From: Eledone cirrhosa
Lineage: Eukaryota
Length of the DNA: 64,000 nt
Assembly: GCA_964016885.1 (NCBI GenBank)
Contig: OZ024746.1
Span: 81,406,001-81,470,000 of the forward strand
Reading direction: 5' to 3'
The notes under the pieces were generated by a model. It worked only from the letters and a program-made list of their open reading frames with translations, was not told where the DNA came from and made no database searches. A program made the position numbers and the translations under genes. Shown here one piece after another: positions 58,261 to 64,000 of this stretch (within the stretch, counting starts at the first letter, position 1; each line of letters begins with the position of its first letter).

Positions 58261-59203
58261 GGTTAAACTTTTAACTGAAAATAGCCAAAACTAAAACGCA
58301 TAAAAAAATAACTTCAGATTAAAACTAAAGCATCTGATCTGTCTAATAACAGGACATGCACTGACAATGTAGATTAATTAATCTATTTATAGTATATGAC
58401 ATAGCGTTTTGGGATAATTTGAAATAAACGTACAATTTTCGCCTCGTTGTGAAAAGTAATCAAAGTTGTTTTGCTTTAGTTTTACATGTTTCGGGGGAAA
58501 AAAAAAGGAATTGATATGATCAGTTTCTATAGCTAGGCATTCACCAGAGAAAAATATACATTTTCAGTCCCCGAGAAATTAGTAGCTTAAAGCTATTTAT
58601 ATATATACTTGAAAATTCAATAATAGTGCATGCGTTGAAAATGGAGATTAATTGGTTCATTCATAGTGATCTACAAGGTTTTGCTTTGTCACAAAACCAT
58701 CGTAGGATTTCTGTACCATATTTCAACGCCAGCTTATCAGCAATAGTCCACTGCATCCTGGTGGTTTCACCGCTCATATTCTATGGTTGCTTATGTTACT
58801 GGTGTACCAACTTAGACGACAGGAATACCCCTGCAACAGACAAGCTAGCTCCTTTCGGTAACTTTAATGCTTATGTTTGCTGGAACTCAACAGGCTGAAA
58901 CCATGGATTAAGAAACATCGACTTAAACAACATGAATTCTGATGGACCTCAACTGCTCTCTTTTTGTGCAGAACACCAAATTTTTATTGCCAACCACCGA
59001 CCAAGCATAAAACCACCTCCACTATATCGTTGTCCGTTTCTATGATGTCCGCGATGTATTTCTCACTAAAGTTATTGAACGGATGGATCATCGCATTGCA
59101 CGCTTCACCTCAAGTGTCGTACTTCGGGTACTTGTAAGAAAGTAAACGTCTAAATGATTCCAGCTGAATATACCTTTTTTAAAGGACCTTAATTTAATTG
59201 TGG

Positions 59204-59330
<127 letters not shown>

Positions 59331-59464
59331 GGTGTGTTTGTGTGGGTGTAAACATAGGGATGGGTGTATGTGAACACACGTCTTAAAACTTTCTAAAATG
59401 TTTATTCTATCCGTAAAGCGGCCTGCATAGGTTCATGTGTTTAAATATATATGTATGTATATAT

Positions 59465-59504
<40 letters not shown>

Positions 59505-60120
59505 GAAGAGCCTTTATGTGTGTGTGCGTTTACATGCTTTGCCTAATTACACATATATAAGCACCATACATGCTTACTGCGCCCATCTTTCTGATTTACA
59601 TGCACGAACATATGTATAAATAACTGCATGTGTGAAAGTATGATAGTAGGTGTGTTGTGTTGGTAGATAGTTCAGCTGGTCGGTTGGTGGGCTAGTTCGT
59701 AACTAGGGGCGCTAGGTAATACGTCACACGAGATTCACACCCAAAATACGCCTGCACTGTGCTTGCAAGTCCATATCTAGTAAAAAGCAAACAACCTGCT
59801 GGCCTGCCTAGCGAAGTTCTTGATTCCGCCCATTTATATACACACACACACATATATATTTGATTATATGTGTGTGTGTCTATATATATATATATATATG
59901 CATATGTGTGTCTAAATATATTTATATATATATATATATATATATACATATACATGGGTGTATGTGTGTGTGTGTGTGTGTGTCTATATATCCACAAAAC
60001 AAACCTTTTATAAGTAATATTTCTATATTTACAAGTATATTGTGTGTGTTTTAACAGATCTCCGTATTTGTCTATCTACCTCCGCACCCATGCATACGTA
60101 TGTATGTAAGTAAGTGTATG

Positions 60121-60171
<51 letters not shown>

Positions 60172-60208
60172 GTATTTATATACACACATATATGCATATA
60201 TACCTATG

Positions 60209-60239
<31 letters not shown>

Positions 60240-60280
60240 TTATATACACACATATATATGCATATATACCTATGTATATA

Positions 60281-60323
<43 letters not shown>

Positions 60324-60354
60324 GTATATATATTTCTATATATATATATATATG

Positions 60355-60413
<59 letters not shown>

Positions 60414-60416
60414 TTC

Positions 60417-60515
<99 letters not shown>

Positions 60516-60631
60516 TTATATACACACATATATATGCATATATACCTATGTATATATATATATATGTATATATATATAGCTGTTATCTCCCAAAGTATAA
60601 CAATATATATATATGTATATGTATATATATA

Positions 60632-60704
<73 letters not shown>

Positions 60705-60754
60705 TTATATACACACATATATCATATATATATATATGCATATATACCTATGTG

Positions 60755-60818
<64 letters not shown>

Positions 60819-60988
60819 CACACACATGTGTGTTAATATCCGATGCGTAAATTATGAGTAGTTGAGTATATGTATTATAGCTGATTTTTATCTGCAACTG
60901 TCTGTGTGTATGTGTGTATGTGTGTATGTGTGTATGTGTAAGTATGATTATATGTTCATGTTTCAACGGGTGAAGTGAATATGAATAG

Positions 60989-61020
<32 letters not shown>

Positions 61021-61369
61021 CTGACAGTATGCGTATATGTATTCGCATGCGTTCGTCTGCGTATGTTTATGTATATGTGTTTGCACATGTTTCTATATAT
61101 AGTCAAACCATTCACAGAGCCGACAAACTGCCGTGTTGCACCAACTGATGGTTCATTACTCTATATTTAGATGATAAACAGTTAGAAATCATGATCTTTG
61201 GATAACTACCAGTACCCAGATAAGACTGTAGCTGAAAAACTAATGAACTAAAGTTTAAATAGGGTAAAATCCGAAATCCGAAAAAACTTGGTTGGTGATG
61301 GTCTATGTAATTCAGTAACGATTTGTCAATAAGAATTCTTAATTCAGAGGAGACAATTCACTAAATACA

Positions 61370-62100
61370 ATTGTTGTGAAGTATAAAGAATCTAAGATTT
61401 CAAGCCCGAGGCATTCGTCTGAGTGTGAGAAAAACAGAAAAAGTGGAATTATTAAGAAGGCTGTGGACAAAATGGGACTGGGTCTTAAAACTGAACCCAC
61501 TAATTAAAGAAACTGCTGAGTTTTGAAAGCCAGAGGCGTGGTTTTATTTTTTAGCTAAGTCGCGTTCAATTTTCGTTTCAATCTTAGTGTAGCCGTTACG
61601 ATCGGGAGTGTAGTCAACATTCAGTCGAGAGAAGGGTCTTGGAAGGTCGTGGCTGGTGACAGCGTCAGCAGAGACTCCTGCATAACAATTACAGTAAACC
61701 TGTATGGTTACATTTTGAAAGGCGTCTTTCCGCAGCTCGAGTCTTTGATTGAGCTACAATCTTGGGTCAAATGCAAGAATGTTAGCTGGTGCTTACAACC
61801 CAACACCAGTTGTGAAATATGATAATTAGAATGTTCAGATTAGCCTTCTGCAGAAAGTATGAGCGACGATGGTGTGGAGACAATTCTAAATATCGATGGA
61901 GATAATCTGAATAGTTTCTTCTAAAAGACTTCCAGCTCAGGAATTATGGACAACTTCCAAAAGTACTTGGCCTGTCTGTGCTACAGATAAACGTAACTAG
62001 TCCAAGATAAGAATTATTGGCACCGCAGTACCAGACATCAAGGACTGAGAATAGACATTTTCCTCTATGGTTAAGAACTCATCAAACCATTTCAAATATA
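61370..62100 (+). mobile_element. Possible LINE APE-endonuclease fossil
   Basis: ITVNLYG, MLAGAYN, GLRIDIFL in expected order, heavily disrupted. Confidence 0.35.
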
Positions 62101-62604
62101 TGTGAACAATTAGGGGAAGAGTGAAGGGGGAAATACTTCCCTTCAGTAAATTTGCTGAAAGGTAAGTGAGAGTGGTTAAATGGTTCCAATTTCAGTTTTC
62201 GTTAGTATTTTCCTAGCAGGGAATAATCACTTCAGTTTTGTTTTGTCCGAATTGACTCTCTTCTTTGGTTATATTTTTACATTTTAATATTTTATATTTG
62301 TAGAACACTTAAACGATTTCTAATGAGAATGTGGAAGACAGCACCAAAGATGCTATAGGGCACTCTCGGGTGTATTATATTCAAGACGTGCTAAAAGGTG
62401 GGTGAATGTTGCGAGAATGGACCGTGTGAAGGGACCTAATCTAACAGCGCGCCTGTAAGCCAGGTGATTTGGAGGGAGAGGGGTGTGCACCCCAGGTACT
62501 CTCGGAGCGTCAGGTGATTTAGGATTGGTAGGGTTCATCAGTCGCCCCTGGATGGTTCCCTCCACTATTGGGGTATTTATATTGTTATAATTCTTTTGTT
62601 GATT

Positions 62605-62643
<39 letters not shown>

Positions 62644-62644
62644 A

Positions 62645-62683
<39 letters not shown>

Positions 62684-62835
62684 CGTATTTCCTTTGTAGA
62701 TGCAACCACCATTAGGATTCTCAAATTCCAGTTATTCTCTTTGGATTACCAAAAGTTGTTTTTCTTCCGAAAAGTGATGAGACTCCTTAAAGAAGAGACA
62801 AACTTCGTTCTCGTTTTCATGTGTGTATATATATC

Positions 62836-62912
<77 letters not shown>

Positions 62913-62914
<2 letters not shown>

Positions 62915-63090
62915 TAGCGAACGTTTCCAAGAACCAAAGTATCGTCTTCCTGTCTTCCTCCGGTTGCAACGTTTTTTGAAATATCCACTTCTGCGTTTAC
63001 AGATTGACTTTGTTAGTTTCAGAAGATCCCGTTAAGGGTGAAAGCAGTGATTCTTTGCTTAAACTTTAATCTGTTATTTTAATAAATATA
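62913..63090 (+). mobile_element. Family D element with variant hammerhead (63000-63073)
   Basis: CAGATTGA..AGTTT-CAGAAGA-TCCC gttaa GGGT-GAAA-GCA..TGC-TT-AAACT-TTAATCTG. Confidence 0.7.
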
Positions 63091-63106
63091 TATATATATA
63101 TATATT

Positions 63107-63925
63107 GAGTATATGTTGGTTGTTTACCGACACCTCAGTATGCAGATTGGAGCACTCGACGAAGTACGCAGGTTGGTTTGGTTACTCCGGAGTAATGTAA
63201 AATAAAGTTATTAAGTCAAATATTTAAGATTTGGCTTCGTTTATTAAAGATATACTGCTATATATATTTCGGTGACAGCCATCATTAGCTGTGACCTCTT
63301 CAGGCAGTTCGAATTGGTGTGGTAGAGACAGGGACACATGTTGTTAAAGTGTTTTACTCCGTCAATACTCCGATATGTCCAGCTCTTGGTTGGGTTGTTA
63401 TTTCTCTGAGGAACTGGAATCATATGAATTCGAACAAACGAATTTCGGCATCATAGGACACTCTCTCCTCCCATTGGTCAGTTGTGAGAACATTCCTCAG
63501 TCAAAAGTCTATAGAAATTTATCCAGATAAAATAAAGCACTTTATGTAATGGATATATATATATGTAAAGATAAGAAAACTCCCAAACACACACTCATTC
63601 TTCTAAAGACAGCAGCAGTAGAACTAAGGCTGACCAATGTTCTCACAACTGACCAATGGGAGGAGAGAGTGTCCTATGATGCTGAAATTCGTTTGTTCGA
63701 ATTCATATGATTCCAGTTCCTCAGAGAAATAACAACCCAACCAAGAGCTGGACATATCGGAGTATTGACGGAGTAAAACACTTTAACAACATGTGTCCCT
63801 GTCTCTACCACACCAATTCGGACTGCCTGAAGAGGTCACAGCTAATGATGGCTGTCACCGAAATATATATAGCAGTACATCTTTAATAAACGAAGCCAAA
63901 TCTTAAATATTTGACTTAATAACTT

Positions 63926-63932
<7 letters not shown>
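63107..63932. mobile_element. Family H foldback element with two intact hammerheads
   Basis: arms 63198-63494 / 63636-63932; HHR minus 63254-63308, plus 63822-63876 (ACTGC-CTGAAGA-GGTcACAGC/GCTGTcACC-GAAA-TATATA-TA-GCAGT); ~90-nt tail. Confidence 0.9.
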
Positions 63933-63964
<32 letters not shown>

Positions 63965-63968
<4 letters not shown>

Positions 63969-64000
63969 AACAAGTAAGACCCCGACGGCTGAGCTCAAGC
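63965..64000 (+). mobile_element. Family E element start, cut by window edge
   Basis: GGAACAAGTAAGACCCCGACGGCTGAGCTCAAGC after (TA)n. Confidence 0.6.

Noticed and set aside
62768-62817. GTGATGA..AAA hammerhead-like motif
   Set aside because: C3 and G12 missing and stems poor.

Overview
AT-rich, microsatellite-saturated, gene-poor eukaryotic DNA. The SINE families resemble octopod cephalopod tRNA-derived SINEs, so an octopus-like genome is inferred. No intact host gene is evident, and nearly all listed ORFs are microsatellite artefacts. The window holds about 25 copies of a tRNA-derived (Meta-domain-like) SINE, CORE-like SINEs, decayed RTE and L1/Tx1 LINE fragments, Tigger and hAT-Charlie transposase fossils, two MITE families and a non-autonomous Helitron. 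The main signal is about ten mostly unrelated families of small (100-850 bp) non-coding elements sitting in (TA)n arrays. They share one architecture, (TA)n / inverted arm / sense arm carrying a minimal type-I hammerhead ribozyme / 55-90 nt tail / (TA)n. About 19 hammerhead motifs can be folded by hand, several with recurrent non-canonical cores. This matches Penelope-like retroelement pseudo-LTR biology, but no Penelope ORF was recognised, and at least one family looks like a complete ~300-nt non-autonomous ribozyme retroelement.
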